This document shows positions 15,354 to 30,082 of a stretch of 64,000 nucleotides of DNA, in pieces. Below the pieces are notes generated by a model that saw only the letters and a list, made by a program, of their open reading frames with translations, searched no databases and had not been told where the DNA came from. The translations under genes were made by a program, and so were the position numbers. Numbering within the stretch: the stretch's first letter is position 1; each line of letters begins with the position of its first letter. The stretch comes from Antedon mediterranea (Eukaryota; Animalia; Echinodermata): NCBI RefSeq assembly GCF_964355755.1, contig NC_092673.1, forward strand, positions 3,100,001-3,164,000. Direction: 5' to 3'.

Positions 15354-15569
15354 ATTTTTAATAATATTCTAGAAATGTTTTGAAATTATTATAGAAAAAT
15401 TTGATCCCTTTTCATACCTGTATTAATTCTATAAAGAAATATGCAAAGCATCTTAAACTGTGCCTAGCTTACCCAGATAAACCAACATTAGCCCAGTATT
15501 TGTTCAAGAGAGGAATCAGTTCTATGGCATTATGAAAATATCCAGTAGTAGAGTGCTCAACTTTTTTTC

Positions 15570-15572
<3 letters not shown>

Positions 15573-15600
<28 letters not shown>
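15573..15600. repeat. (AG)n microsatellite
   Basis: About 14 AG units. Confidence 0.95.
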
Positions 15601-15602
<2 letters not shown>

Positions 15603-18600
15603 CTATAAGTTTTTCAAATTTAAGTAGTGGTATCACTTTTTAAAAGCCAATAGCACCACCACTATATAAGAACTTTTGTTGTCATAAATATTGGAAACAT
15701 AATTTATATCCAAACAATTAAGATATAATTTCAACACTCTTGTAAAATGTCTCATATATATTATGTTCATAACTTTTTGAAAGGGATATGCAGTAAATCA
15801 AGCTATGCATTTCCCCAGGGCCTTTTAGCCTCACTGTTCTACTGTAACCAATATATGTACATTGATTTTACCCGAGGAATATTAAGATATTTTCTCAACA
15901 TCATTTGTCTTGTTTATAGTGATATTACATTTCTTTTTATACATTTTTCAAATTGTAATTTTAAAATATCATTAACACAAGGATATACAGTATTATAATC
16001 CTGAATAATAACTTAAAATTGTACTATTTTTTCCAAACCTTTAAATAATCCTATTATACCGTAATATTCTTTATAATAATGCAGTTTGGAATTATCATCT
16101 TTTCTACCATAAACAAATATTAATATTAATTCCTATCTTTGAAATAAATCATATGCATTAATTAAAATAAATCTTTTTAATGAATTTAATTTTATCTGCA
16201 ATATTTACGGCTTGACCAATAGAATGTATTATTACTTTCTTTGTCAAACTTTTCAGGATGAAAATATCTGTTAAATCCTTTTAATGTAACAAACAATCCT
16301 GTTGAATAGTCTATGCCTACAAAACATTGATGTGCTCTACCATGGAAGAAATATATCTCCTCCATGGTTCTGCCAAGTTAGGCCTAAAGAAATGTTTTAT
16401 AATATGTATGCACGCTAGCATATAGTTTATGCTCTGTTGAATGGGAAAAGTACATTTTTTTAAAGTAATAATGAATAAACACATGGTTTATCTCATCCTT
16501 GGTTAGAGATTATTCATTGAAGCTTAAAAAACTTTGAGTAAAACTAGATAATTTTCAAGGCTACTCTGTGTATCGGTTTCAAAATGTCGTGACAGGCAGC
16601 CTACAAAACGACATGTATTTCTACAGGTAGCATTTCTTTATTGACTTTAATTTGCAAAGCAGGCTTATCTAGATGAGAAAACTGTGATAATTATACTAAA
16701 ATGTGTTTTTTATACTATCTAGTTGAGAAAACTGGGATAATTATACTGTGATTACATCAAAATGTGTTTTCTTTATGATCAGTAATGTCGATCAATCAGT
16801 TTTTTGTTTGGTTTTTTTTTTTTCAAATCTTCAATATGTTTCCATATTGCTTAAACAGTGAAAGTTTATACATGCCAATCAAAATGAAATAAACATAATT
16901 AATATAATCAACTGTTGCCATCTTTAAATTTGTATGGATCCTCTTCGCCACAACTGGTGCTTGACCTCGCTTGACATCAAATTAGTTGTGGCATGTCAAT
17001 CATGGGTAATCAATTGTTATTGTTTAGTGCCTTACTGGTTTTAAGCTAATGTAAACCATTGGGTGGTAGAAAGGGTGCGTCCATTAGCACCTCACTGATA
17101 GATGGAGGCGTTAATATGATACACCCATAAGGCACTGGGTCAACTAGAGTCTTGAGAACAAGCCAAATGTCAATTAGTACCTCATTTATACTTGCCGATT
17201 TCTGAGTTTAAAAGTTCAAAATTGTGGATACATTTTCTTAAAAAAAAACAAACTACAGTAGATACTGTAGATAGAGGGAATAGAAATCAATTTACCTGGG
17301 GAAGCTTGTTATCTACTACCCACCAAAGTTAGCGATAATTGGTCCATGAAGCCAGCTTAGCGGGTAAATTAAATAAGCCAGTACAGGGCCTAAAAAGTTT
17401 GTGAAGTTGCTAGACTATTAATTAATACAAATCATTTTTCTTTCACACTGTGGTTTAAATGGTAAAGTTGCTTTGTGGCTGGTGAATCAGTAGCATTCCA
17501 GTGTTTTCCAAATAAATATTTAATTAGGAAATGAAAAGTGGATAAATCTTTGTTTGCATGATGAATCGTACTTGAATGAAGATAGAGGGAAGTGGTTATA
17601 AACCGCAAATAGGTTTTCTCCTATGTTAAACGTTATGGATGTATAAATACAAATTTGCATACATCAACTTAAATGAAGATGATGATTTAATTATATCATG
17701 TGTGCTTTGGGGAGTTTTTTAAAATGATTTAATACACTATTTTCGTTGAAATTGATAAATAAAGACGTACGTATTCATGAATGGTTTAACGTAAAGAATT
17801 ATATACAAAGACGAGTCAGATTCATTCGTGACACTGGGTAGATTTGTAATTGTGATTTGTAACCTAGAACGCATGCATAATATAAATATCAAAATACATT
17901 GATTCTTTGTAGACAAAACTAAAAGTTAATACCATACTAAATAGCTTTGTCACATATGCGTATTTACCCATGTGAATATTAATGGGTAAGGTAATGTAAA
18001 GAGATAGTGTTACGATCATTACCACAATTGAATATGATGTAATGGAAGTCATACTACATGAATAAATTATATATTGAGGATGCTTACTTAAAGATGACTA
18101 GCAAATGTAAATTAACCTGATTATGCTTCTATAATCATTCCTATAAATTTACATGTCCTTTTGGCATGAATTTTTTCCATATTTCTTGATCTCTTGATGA
18201 AAGTATAATGACCAAATGCAAATACTCTGCAATGTGAATATGTTTACGCATAATTAATAGGAATAACATCCCATAATATGATTACGACCATTTATGGGCA
18301 TACAGTTTGTTTTAATGTCAGGGGCAGAGGTCTGCATGTAGTTTAATATGGATTCTAATGTACATAGACCTGATATTGCAATTATTACTTTACACTTGGG
18401 AATTTATTAGTTAATAACAATATGACTTAATGAATACTAATTATAAGCTTCTCTTTACATCAATCTAGTGTTTTTGACCTGTCCCAAGTTCAACAATATT
18501 GTTTTTTTGTCCCATCCCTCCAAAAGAGTATCTCCAATGGAAAAAATGCTAATTTTCTGTTAATATTGAACTTGTATTATAAGATTGAAACGAAGATGAC

Positions 18601-20313
18601 AGCTTTGTTGTGTTCAATCGATGCTGAGTAAATATACAATCGCACGTCTTTTGAGATACGGTACACTGTGAGATCTTGTATCTTCACATAGGTTATAACA
18701 CCACACTGTGTGAAATGGCAAAAGTCTGTTTGCGGTGGGATTACGGTGTTGAACAATTTATTTGTCTACCGTATCGATTACAAAACTTGCTATCAATTGA
18801 ATTCCAAAGATAATTAAAACATCTTTGACAGAAAATTATGTTTCGAAGATCATTACGAGGTCACTGACCTCAATCAGTTCACTTGATAAACTTTCCTTGA
18901 AAATCAATCTAAATCATTATCTATCATTAAGAAAATGAAATTCTTGACGTTAAACGGTTTTGATTGAAATATTAAAGTATTATTAGGCCTATTCGTTCTT
19001 AAAAATGTATTTATAGCTTATACATTCAAGGAAATAGTTATGACTTGATACTGTAAGCTTGTTATAAGATTTTGGATACTTGGATTTGTAAATTAAACCC
19101 AGTGTATGTGACATAGGTATTCGGTTGTTTTCTTAGCAAGTTCAATATTTCTTAGCTTAGGTGTGGGTGACAAATTGTTTATATGTACAGCGAAGAATGC
19201 TTAATGGTGAACAGTAGGACTGGCCTTATTATCAATCCCAATAATAACCTAGGGCTGGCCCACTAGTACCTAAACACACCATTATTGTATGAATTTCTTG
19301 TTTACTCTGCTAGTTGCTTTGGTAAATGCATGCCATTTTAGAGAATATCAGAATTCAATGAATTTTAAAAGAGGTTTACTTTGTGTTGACTGCCAAGAGC
19401 AATTTATTCAAACTCATTCATTAAAGTACTCTTGTACAGAATGTAAAAGCCCAATGAATTGGTATAGTGATGCATTTAAATGCTGTGAGTGTGTGCCTTA
19501 AAGAAATAATTGAATTTTATTTACATTGTATATTTTTAGCTCACATTTTTTAAGAAATAAAACACTTGATATGTGACATATAAAAGAAAGTTTTCCTATT
19601 CAAAGCTGGAATAAAGTCTTTAGAAATTCACCTATCCGTTTAGAACTATTAAGATGTTTAAGATTTATCGACAACATGTTAAAGATTTGCAAAAACACCT
19701 TATATTGAAATAGATTGCCAAGCTCCTAACGATCATTGTACAGTAGTAAACTGTAAAGATGTATCGATTTGCTACCGTTTGAACCTAACCATTTTTCTTC
19801 TTTTTTTCCTCAAACACTGTAGCAATTCATCAACCTGAAAAATATAGTAATTTGAAATCATTTAGAAAATAGGGTGGAGGTCAAAAATGTTGTTAAAGAG
19901 AACGTCTCCCGAGAGGCAATTAATTTCAAAATTTCAAGCTAAATTTTATATGTTATAAAAACCTAATGATTATGACAAATCACTATAGTTTATAAGTACT
20001 GCTATCGGGAATCGTTGACATTTTCTAAATAATGGCAACTTTAGTTTCATAAAAAAGTCATTTTAAAGACATTATATGTAGGTAGTACAGAATGTTTGAT
20101 TAATTCTGATCATTTCTTAGGAACACATTAATAAAGCGATTCAGGTCTTTAAATAAAGACCTTTCTAATTAATAAGTTCTTCTTCTTTATTATGAATCAT
20201 GAATCACAGAATCAATGCTATATTATCATAATAAATAATAATATAATAATATAATAAAGACTTTTCTAATTACTAAACTTAAAGCCATCCAAAAAATCCT
20301 AATTGACTTCTAA

Positions 20314-20454
20314 AGCTCTGTCTATACTATCAAACGTTATGTGATGTGCCCATATATGGACATGATGATGTTATACAACTACCATATTTGGGCACATAAC
20401 TTCCATATTTGGGCACATTATTTGTCAAAATAGTTTGATAGTGTAGACAGAGCT
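20314..20454 (-). mobile_element. CArG-MITE copy 6 (full)
   Basis: Both TIRs, three CArG boxes. Confidence 0.92.
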
Positions 20455-23400
20455 TTAGGAATCTTTAATAAATGTAGGTCTCTAATTAACCTTTTCAACT
20501 AGGACATTTCTCAGGTTGATGTTTTTAGCTAATGTTATACTTTTGGATGATTCATTTTGATGTGATACAATATAAAAATCGTCTTCATCTTCAGTATACA
20601 ATGCTACTGCGATGTTTAGCAATGTGTTGTAAAAACCGTATCGATAATCGCAGATCTGATATTAAAGTGTTTTCTGATTGATCGTAATTTACTAGTAAAT
20701 TTTCAGATACACTTAAAACATCAGCTAAGCCAGTCATGGAGTTTTTTTTTCTTTATTGCGATATCAATCATGGGAATTTGTATACAAACTTTGATTCATC
20801 TAAATCATCATTGTAAGATTATCTTTCTGTGAGCTTTGTTGGTTTGTATGAGATATACGACGTATTGAGTGACTACTTTCAGATGCACTCACACACAGTA
20901 CATGAGTTTTTAATTTGAATACTTGCATGAAGGCGTGTTGAATCTGTAACATTAAGCAATGTTTAATAAGTCGTCAGGTAACTGTAGAAATGAAAAACGT
21001 GTGTTTAGTTCACATTTTTGACATTCATTAAAACAAGGAAAAACTACTGCATAACACTACTACAGTGATGTAGTCACAAGAAATAAAATTGTCTGGTTTT
21101 TGCAAGAAAAGGGAACTTATCTCTGTTCAAGCCACTGGGTTGTCAAGACCGACTGTGAAAACGTGGTCAAGTTGAAACCTTACCAACCGTACTGGTGGCT
21201 ATGGCCCTGTATTATTCTTATTGTATTATGTTTCTTTTCTTTATATTTTTATTTAAGTTTATAAGTTATTTTTATTCGCCTTCATTTCAGAGTCGCGACC
21301 AGATGGCAGATGGTTGTCTGTGTTTGTTTTGAAACAAGAATTTTTAATTCATATTTGCTCAATCATAATAAACTCATCTTATCTTCTAATTAATTCTATT
21401 AATAGATGGATTTTTTTTATCTGTACTTACTAATGGAATTGATAAAAATCATGCCTATATATTATATTATTCATAAATCAACTTGCTGCTTCTTTTAAAT
21501 GACTTTTTAATGTGACAATGGAAATTTTATCAGAGCAGAAAGCATTTTTCTTATTTTCCCATCTTCGTATTTGGTTAAACTAGTTTTGGTGTTAATTTAG
21601 AATAGATTGTTATTCATTACGCTTGGTTATAGCTTTTTAGTCGTTAATGGTTTACTCTCGGATTTTTCTTACGGTTATTGGCAAAAAGTTTCTGCCTACG
21701 AACATTTCATTCAATTTATGAGGCTTCCCAATTCTAGTAATGCTATTTGCTGTTTGTCTTGACATTCAAGGTGTGGAGGTATACCTTTGTAAACATCTCT
21801 ATTCTTATTTGATGTACAGTACTATAGTAGCATGTGTGTATTGATATGTGAACTTTAAGTTAAATTTAGAATTCAGCTCTGAGCAGTATGGTCATATACA
21901 TGGACCTTGTCATTTTCTTCAATTTTAATATTTCCCTAAACAAAGAGAATGCTGAATATTTCCAAATTCATTAAACAAAACAACTCAATATACTTTGTCA
22001 ACAGCGTTTATTGTATTGAGCTCTCAAGTAGAACATTTATTGAGAAGAACTGTGAAATGTCTGTTTTTTTAACCAATTGATATCGTATTCAATTTTCAAT
22101 AGCATTCAATTCATTACTTGTAAGATTATTTTCACTATAAAGGTGCCAACCCCTTTGACAACAGTTTGAAATCGACAGCTACCTAGACAAAATGACTGCT
22201 AGATATCCGGCGACCCCAGCAGGCCTTAAACCTCAAGCCATTACAACTACAATGATCGCAAACAAAAGATTGCTTTCTTTCCTTCCCACAATTCATTATT
22301 CGGTCATCTTTTCTTCAAATAAGGTTATAGGTTTGATAGCCTTGAATACAATTTTGACAAATGGAGGCAAGCAAATATCCGTGGGCACTGTCGAACGAAA
22401 ACCTTTTAGACATGAAATTTTGTGGTAAAAATAACCTATGCTAAAATGGCATATCACTCAAAACATATATGGCAAACAAGTTAATAATTATCCTGTTCTA
22501 TTTCTTAGAAATAAAAGATTTAAAATGACATTTTAATGTTTTCATAATGCAAGTTAACCACTCAAGATTATGGAAAACATGTTATTAGAGAATGTCAGCA
22601 GAATTTATTGATATTACTTTGGATAAACATTTAAGCGCCATGTTCTTTTAGAAAGTTTTTAAAAATATTAATTGACTACTCAAAATCAAGCTCCGATAAC
22701 TTATGTAAAGGACAACTTATCTCTGACTTTTAGACTTACTTTTCAAAGTTCAGAAAATGTTTAAAAGCATATAACTTATCTTGCGTTACTTAGATTAGTT
22801 TGTGAATTATCAAGAAAAAAAATGTTTTAAATGTGGAACTTTGAAACATATAGATATTTTTGATGTATAGATATTCTTGCTATTCAAATAGCTTGAGACT
22901 CTTACCAGCGTTATAAACTGATTCATGTCGTCTGACATAATGTGGATATATTTTCAAACTAATCTAACTTGGGTTAAATATGTATGCAAACTGTAGCCTT
23001 GTGTGTCATAGCTCATCAAGTATTAGATGAGTTTTTGCCTCATTTTCTGCTTTTTGCTATAGCGCAATTTGTCATGGGTCTTTAGGTATTGTCAAGTAGC
23101 TACAGATATTGTGAAGCCAGTCACCTTTGTTGGTAATGAGGAAAAGGGGTTCTTAATATGGAAGGCAATTTCTGCCAAAAAAACAAGTGCGACATTTTAA
23201 GGATTTATATCATGGATTGCTTTCCAAGGTCCTGGATTTGACATGCCAATTCTTGATCTATGTATTAATTTGACATGCCAATTCTTGATCTATGTATTAA
23301 TTTATTATTATTATTAATTGTAATTTTATTAAATTGAATTCTTTGAATTGTAGTTGTTTCTCATTTAGTTTTTCTATGAATTTTCAATAATTGCTTTCTA

Positions 23401-23595
23401 CAAAGAAAACATCTAGGAATTGATAATTGATAAGTTAATATTAAATTTACAATATATGAATGCAACATTTACAATCTAGAAATGTTGTAATTACTAAATT
23501 TAAATGCGGTAATTTTGTATTGTGTTGCAAAAAGCAATCGTTTGGGCAAGATTTTCTCGATTCTATGTGTATATTTTTTCAATTATGGTGTAAGT

Positions 23596-23676
23596 ATGCC
23601 CATATATGGATATGATGATGTCATATCACTACCATATTTGGGCATATCACTACCATATTTGGGCACATCACATTTT
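23596..23676 (-). mobile_element. CArG-MITE copy 7 (core only)
   Basis: Three intact CArG boxes plus TGATGTCA, no TIRs. Confidence 0.85.
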
Positions 23677-24483
23677 TAAGTATACAATGTATTCGTATTT
23701 CCTGCAAACCGTCAAAGTATTTTATTTTCACAATAGGCAAGACAATTGCGAGACTAATCAAAAACTCCTCCAAAACAAGCTATATTTCATTTGAACAAAT
23801 TTTCATAGACAATAGATTTTGTATCATATAACCGGTACCTATTAAACATGGTTATTGATGGGCTTGTCAAAGCGGACGAAAACAAAACAGCGTGGGCTGT
23901 CGTTTTTATAATGTTTCTCACTAAATATAACACAATGAGCGTACAATGTAATGTATACTAATCCAGAAAATGATCATGGAGCTGGATGGTAAACGATCGA
24001 AATGACCGTAGATGCAACTTTAGATGTATGAATGCAGATCGGCTGCAAACGCAACCCATTGTAAGGTATTATTACGCGATGCAACAATAGCATTTCTTTT
24101 GTAACACAGCTGACCCAAGTATCAAATAATTATGACAAGCTGATGGATATTTAATGAGTATTGTCAAATAATTGCTTGATATAATGATTTAATATGCAAC
24201 TTAATTAGCACGGCTAGCAGAGGTAAATTCACAATTGATCAATTTTGTATGTAATAATGGACAAGTAATCATAATTTTCTGTATTAATAATTTATATTGG
24301 GTTTTTTTTTTGTTTTTTTTTTTAATACTTTGATAAAAAAGATAGGGTACATAAAATATAGATGCATGTGTTCCTGTTTCCATTCTATTATTCAGAAAAA
24401 TTTTCGGCGCAGATTTTTCAAGCTAATAAGCTAAATTTTTACTCGATTCTTACAAGAGTTATATCATTATAAATTATTTGTAT

Positions 24484-24650
24484 TCAAAGGCAAGTTACTG
24501 AAAAATTGACAACGTTGTGGGTATCAGTGGCTGGATCTTGAAGGAGATACAAAATAAAATAAGCAAAAAACTAAATCAAAACGATAAAGTAAAAATGGCC
24601 AGAACAATTTGCAGAGCTTTCAGGTAACATAGCCCTTCATCAATGCAAGT
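24484..24650 (-). mobile_element. Penelope-like/retrozyme-type repeat relic with minimal hammerhead ribozyme motif
   Basis: Minus strand reads UUGCA-UUGAUGA-AGGgcuauguuaCCU-GAAA-GCUC-UGCAA; the rest matches 46370-46658 in inverted orientation. Confidence 0.65.
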
Positions 24651-24940
24651 AGATACTTTACAGTATAAATTATTTGTATATATTTATTGTTGAAAGAAAG
24701 CAATTTTGTATTTCTGAAAAAGACAAGCAATGTGATTCTGATTCATATGCAAAGCTGATGATACATTAAATTTGCCAGACTATTAATGTGAACATTATTT
24801 TTCGATACATCATTTTCAACAGGAAATATAGGTCATATATTTTATTTTGTTCATCAAAAGGCAATTTAACTAAACAAAAAATATCTTTGGGTTTGTTTTG
24901 TAGGTTCTCGGTATTGTATGTATAATTATATTATTATTAT

Positions 24941-25083
24941 AGTATCATAGGCAAATCCTATAATATAGTGTCATATATGTATCACATCTGTATCATAAGC
25001 CTTTTTAACCAAACACTAACCTTAACAACTTAATACCATATGATACATATGTGATACTGTATTACAGAATTTGTCATGATACT
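24941..25083. mobile_element. Fold-back (MITE-like) element with a degenerate CCTAAC-type centre
   Basis: About 50-bp imperfect inverted arms AGTATCAT..GCAAATCCTATAATATAGTGTCATATATGTATCA / TGATACATATGTGATACTGTATTACAGAATTTGTCATGATACT. Confidence 0.7.
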
Positions 25084-26780
25084 GGACTTATAATGCTATA
25101 TGTGGAGATACAGTAAATATAGTCAGGTGGTTAATAATAACAATTGTGTTTTCCTATTAATTACAAATGCAATTGAATTAGAAGTATGTTAGTGGTAAGA
25201 ATTCAAAACACTGTCTTCTTTAGAGACCAACTGACGTGCTCACGACTTTAAATTTATCGCTTGCTATCAATTGTCTTTAAAAGGAATTTGAATATGATGT
25301 AAAGAGCAACTCTTTTACGATTTCTTTAATTTACAATGAAGTTTAAAAGTATGTAATGCATCGCAGATGTTTTGTTTTTAAATTTTAAATGGTTGCGTTT
25401 TAAATTAACTTTATAAAAAAATTTGTAAACGATTTGCTTCGTGACATAGTTTGTCACGAGTGTAAAATACATAAAAGAATTTAGTCATGTTTTATTACAG
25501 TGAAAAATAATATGTAACAGAATAGGGGATTAACAGAAGATAAATGATCAAATGAAGACAAAAGGCCATTAGCTTTAATGGACACTAATACACTATTTTA
25601 CATATACACCATAAATTCAAATGTATTGTCGAGTGTCAATATTAGGCCTATATGTGTTTAGGGAGCCATTTTGTTTTATGTGATAGTATATCTGGGGAGT
25701 TAACAGTAGGCTTTTGTGTCAAACACAACAATGTCAACCTGGGTCAGCCGTCTCAAGCACAAAGTTCAACTGTGTTGATGATCAAACGTAAGCAATTTTA
25801 AATGTTATCTGTTTAAATTGATTGATAATGACTGAGGCTACTGGAAGGGTGTTTACAGTGTAGTACACTGTCTGAAAAAACCCCTTTTTGTAGACATTAA
25901 CTCGTTTATGACGATGCTAAATACTGTTGCGACAATATTGTGATTATAATTACATACCGCACATAAAGTACACACATAAAAATTTCTTTGCATATTTGTT
26001 AACTAACGAATGGCATTCTGATAATCTATAGATTTGTATAAAACAAAACAACGAAACCTCTACGATAAAACTTTATTACATACCAGTACAAATTTATATA
26101 AACTTTCTTCTTTATTTTAATGTTGTTTACATACAAATAATACATACATATGGGATCCTCCTCTTCTTTGTTGTAGACTGTAGGCCATTAACATTGAAGA
26201 AATACAGTACTAACATTTTACTGTTAGAAAATATTTTTGAACAAACAAATAATTTACAATAGTGAATTCATTTTCCTATAAAATTAACATATCTCTTGTT
26301 AAACCATTTATTTTTGTATATTACCTAGATTTAAAAAGTTAGTTTATTTTTGCGAAAAATCAAGTAGGGCATATTAAAGTAAATAACATAACAAATGAAT
26401 GGGAGTTTATATTAGCATGTAAAACGGCTATTAATATTATTCTAACTCATTTCTTTAACAAGTTGTACATTTTCAGATTGGTTATAAATTAAATTTGGTA
26501 AAACACCATGGACTAAATCATATGAAACTTGAGCATAGAAACTTGTTATGTTATTAGCTTTGCGATTTCAACCAATTTATAGCTGTGAAATGTGATATAT
26601 CGCTATCTAATTGCCAATAGAAATAACGCTCTTTTCGCAATTATAAGTGTTTATTCTTTCTTCCTTTCTTTTTTATTCGCTAAAATGTTTAACGATATAA
26701 AACAAATTATGTTATTGAACTTTATGAATATATTGGATGCATTTTATTATTATAAGATGTACATCATCGATAAAGCGTCA

Positions 26781-26885
26781 TTGCCTATTTACAATATTAT
26801 AGGCAGGTCATATTTGCCTATTTACAATATTATAGGCAGGTCCATATTTGCCTATTTACAATATTATAGGCAGGTCCATATTTGC
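26781..26885. repeat. 33-34 bp tandem repeat x3, each unit a small hairpin
   Basis: TTGCCTATTTACAATATTATAGGCAGGTC(C)ATAT; GCCTAT/ATAGGC inverted. Confidence 0.9.
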
Positions 26886-27195
26886 GGAGAAGGTTTAAGG
26901 AGGCACCACCAAAACCGATCCTTCTCTCCATCACTCCCTTCATTTTAGGAAATTCAATAAAAAAATGTAGAACATTAGGTCAAGTTCAGCACTTCATTTT
27001 ACAATTGATTATTTGATAATGTTATTTTTATTCAAATATAATAATTATAGGAAACTCTACATAAAATTAAAGCAAAAAGTCACATATTGACAATTAAATG
27101 AATCAAAATCAACACATTAAAAGGATTCATTAAACAGAAGTGAGATAAATATCACATAAACGTTATATGAAAGTAATTTACTCTGTCATGTTTTA

Positions 27196-27281
27196 AGCTC
27201 TGTTTACACTATCAAACTAGTTTGACAAAACAATTGTGCCCAAATATGGTAGTGATATGACATCATGTCCATACATGGGAC
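27196..27281 (+). mobile_element. CArG-MITE copy 8 (left part)
   Basis: Left TIR plus core. Confidence 0.85.
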
Positions 27282-28292
27282 AGGTAATAACTTTTCTCAC
27301 CTTAAGAATATTGTAGGATGTTCAACTCAATCATTTTCATCATCTCAAATTTTAAATTAACTATAATTATAAACATGTATTGACTGTAAAATAAGCAAAT
27401 ACCTACCAGTATATTGACCTCGGGCTACTGACTTAACTTTAGTATTAAATTTATAAATAAAATACAAATAAAAAAAGTTTATACCTTAATAAATACTTTG
27501 TTAAAGATTTAGTTTATACTATAACTAAAAATTTATAATTATTTTGTTCGGATTTGTTGTGCCCAATATACCTATATAATAAAATGAAGGCAAAAGTATT
27601 TTTAATATCGTCAATTTCCTTCCTTTTTAAATGTTTTTCAAAACTTCTTTATTATCGTCAACTTTAATGTTTTCAGTCTTTCAAGGCTACGACAAGATTT
27701 TCTAAACTTTTTTATCATGTTATTCGATGATCAAAAATCTATATTACCAACATAAAACATAGATGTTGTTATTGCTATAGGCATGATACCAAATTAACCT
27801 CCACTTCAGCAGTACATTATGTCTTAAAAAGGCATCGATAAAAGATCTATACTATAATTGGCAAACAAACCTTTTAGAAATGTCTAACATAAATGTTGAT
27901 CTGAAATCGAACTCCATAGAGGCTTAGAAGACGGTACAAAACAATATAGAAAAGCTTTTATTTTATACACATACACACAATTTTAATATCGTTTTTCATG
28001 ATGCCATTTCGTGAGCAATTTACTTTTCCATTTTAAATGTATTTTTCTTCGACATTGACAGCAATTATGTATTTTTAACGTAAAACGAATTTGAAGAATT
28101 AAATTGAAAAAAATGAGATAATTATTGCAGTAGAACTGATTAGCTTAACGACGTTCCATCCCATTCACTCGGATGTGATGCGGTAATTGTACAAAATCTG
28201 GATATTTTTTAGTGCAGTCTAATGGGAAAACTCTAAAACGTTACTGTTTTATGTGGAAAAACAAACTTAATGTTTTATTGTTATCACTGTAA

Positions 28293-28450
28293 AGCTCTGT
28301 CTGCACTATCAAACTTTATGTAAAAAAAATGTGATGTGCCCATATATGGACATGATGATGTCATATCACTACCATATTTGGGCATATCACTACCATATTT
28401 GGGCACATCACACTTTTTTGTCAAACTAATTTGATAGTGTAGACATAGCT
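28293..28450 (-). mobile_element. CArG-MITE copy 9 (full, near consensus)
   Basis: Both TIRs, three CArG boxes, direct TAA...TAA flanks. Confidence 0.93.
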
Positions 28451-29940
28451 TAACATTTACTTTAATATGGTGGTTCTTATTTATATTTAACATACTATTT
28501 ATATATGTTATAGTCGATGGAAGATTGGAACCATACTCAATCAAACGTAAACACAGTGTACTGAATGTGACGTACTCTGTAATTAGTTATGCTTGCATGC
28601 CGTGGAAGCTTGAGTTACTAAGATACGGTATCGCACATGATATATACAATATTACTATGTAACATAAATGCAGCATGCAGTCAGCTTTGTTAATCAATGT
28701 GTATCACAGACGTAACATGGATATCATTTTGTTTGATATTTAGTTTCCGATGATTGGTAGTTTATTCATACTGTGTGCAAAAGACTGTGTATCAGACTTG
28801 ATTGTACGTGATAGACCGAGTAAATCTCCATATAAAATGTTTGCAGAATATGCTATTTGACGCTTCTGTCATGTACAACATGTGAATAACGTTTGCGTAT
28901 GCAATTTATCATGGGGTTGTGGCTGAATATTCCAAGAGCAGCCTTGTATATAATAACTCCATTAATTTTGACTTTTAACATTGTCAGTTGGAAAATTAAT
29001 CGTAGAAATAAATCAAGATCCTCTTTGTAATACAGAATTTAAATAAAATATTAAATATCAAAGAAAGTTTAATGTAAAATAAAAATATTTGCTATAATTA
29101 AATACATATTTATATTCTATGTAAAATAATTAAAGCAAAAAGCTTTTTGGTACGTTATTTAAAATCTAATTTTTTTAATCAATATTTAATTGCTGTCTAA
29201 TTCTATTTACATAATAAATTATACTTTTTATGAAATAATGTAATAAATATAATTTAGCTATAATTAAATATTTGTATTCTATGGTCAAACATAAATTTTT
29301 AAAGTATTTTTTATCAAATTTCTAATTTCTCTCTTCTATTTTATAATAAATTAAACCTTTTTGAAATTAATGTATGAGCTAATAATTTATTTAGTTTATA
29401 TTTAAAATGCATTACCGTACCTTTTGAATCATTCAAATTTCAAATGATGTCACTACTACTACTAATTTATTCATTCACCTTTAGGTAAAGCCATTTAATA
29501 CCAACTTATTTAATGTATAAGTTTCCTTAGGATCACCTAAATCGTACATAAGAACTCAACTTAAAAACATGTTGAGGCACAGATGTTTTTTTTCTTTTTA
29601 AATTATCTACATGTTTTTGAGTGGGTGTATTATTTTGTTTATAATATCAAGATACTTCCCTGTAACAACTTTCCTTTTTATACCTATTGTTCAAAGTTAA
29701 CAGTTAAACATGTTAAAAATTCAAAGAAAAAGGGATAATTGTTCTTTCAGATTTCTCTGTCCCAACCATGAAAGTAGGTTGATCAATTTCGTATTATTCG
29801 TCTCTTTATTCGGTAAACGATGTACTTACTTGGTTCCTCTCTTACCAGCTGACAACCGAAGCTTAAACATTATAAACATAATTTAGAAGATGATTACATT
29901 TAATATACAACTTTACATCCAGCCCATATGACTCTTCTAG

Positions 29941-30082
29941 AGCTCTGTATGTGACAAAAAAAGTGTGATGTATCCAAATATGGTAGTGAAATGCTTAAAT
30001 ATGGTAATGATATGACATCATGTCCGTATATGGGCACATCATATTTTCTTGTCACATTGAGTTTGATGGTGTAGACAGAGCT
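29941..30082 (+). mobile_element. CArG-MITE copy 10
   Basis: Both termini present; deletion within the left arm. Confidence 0.9.
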
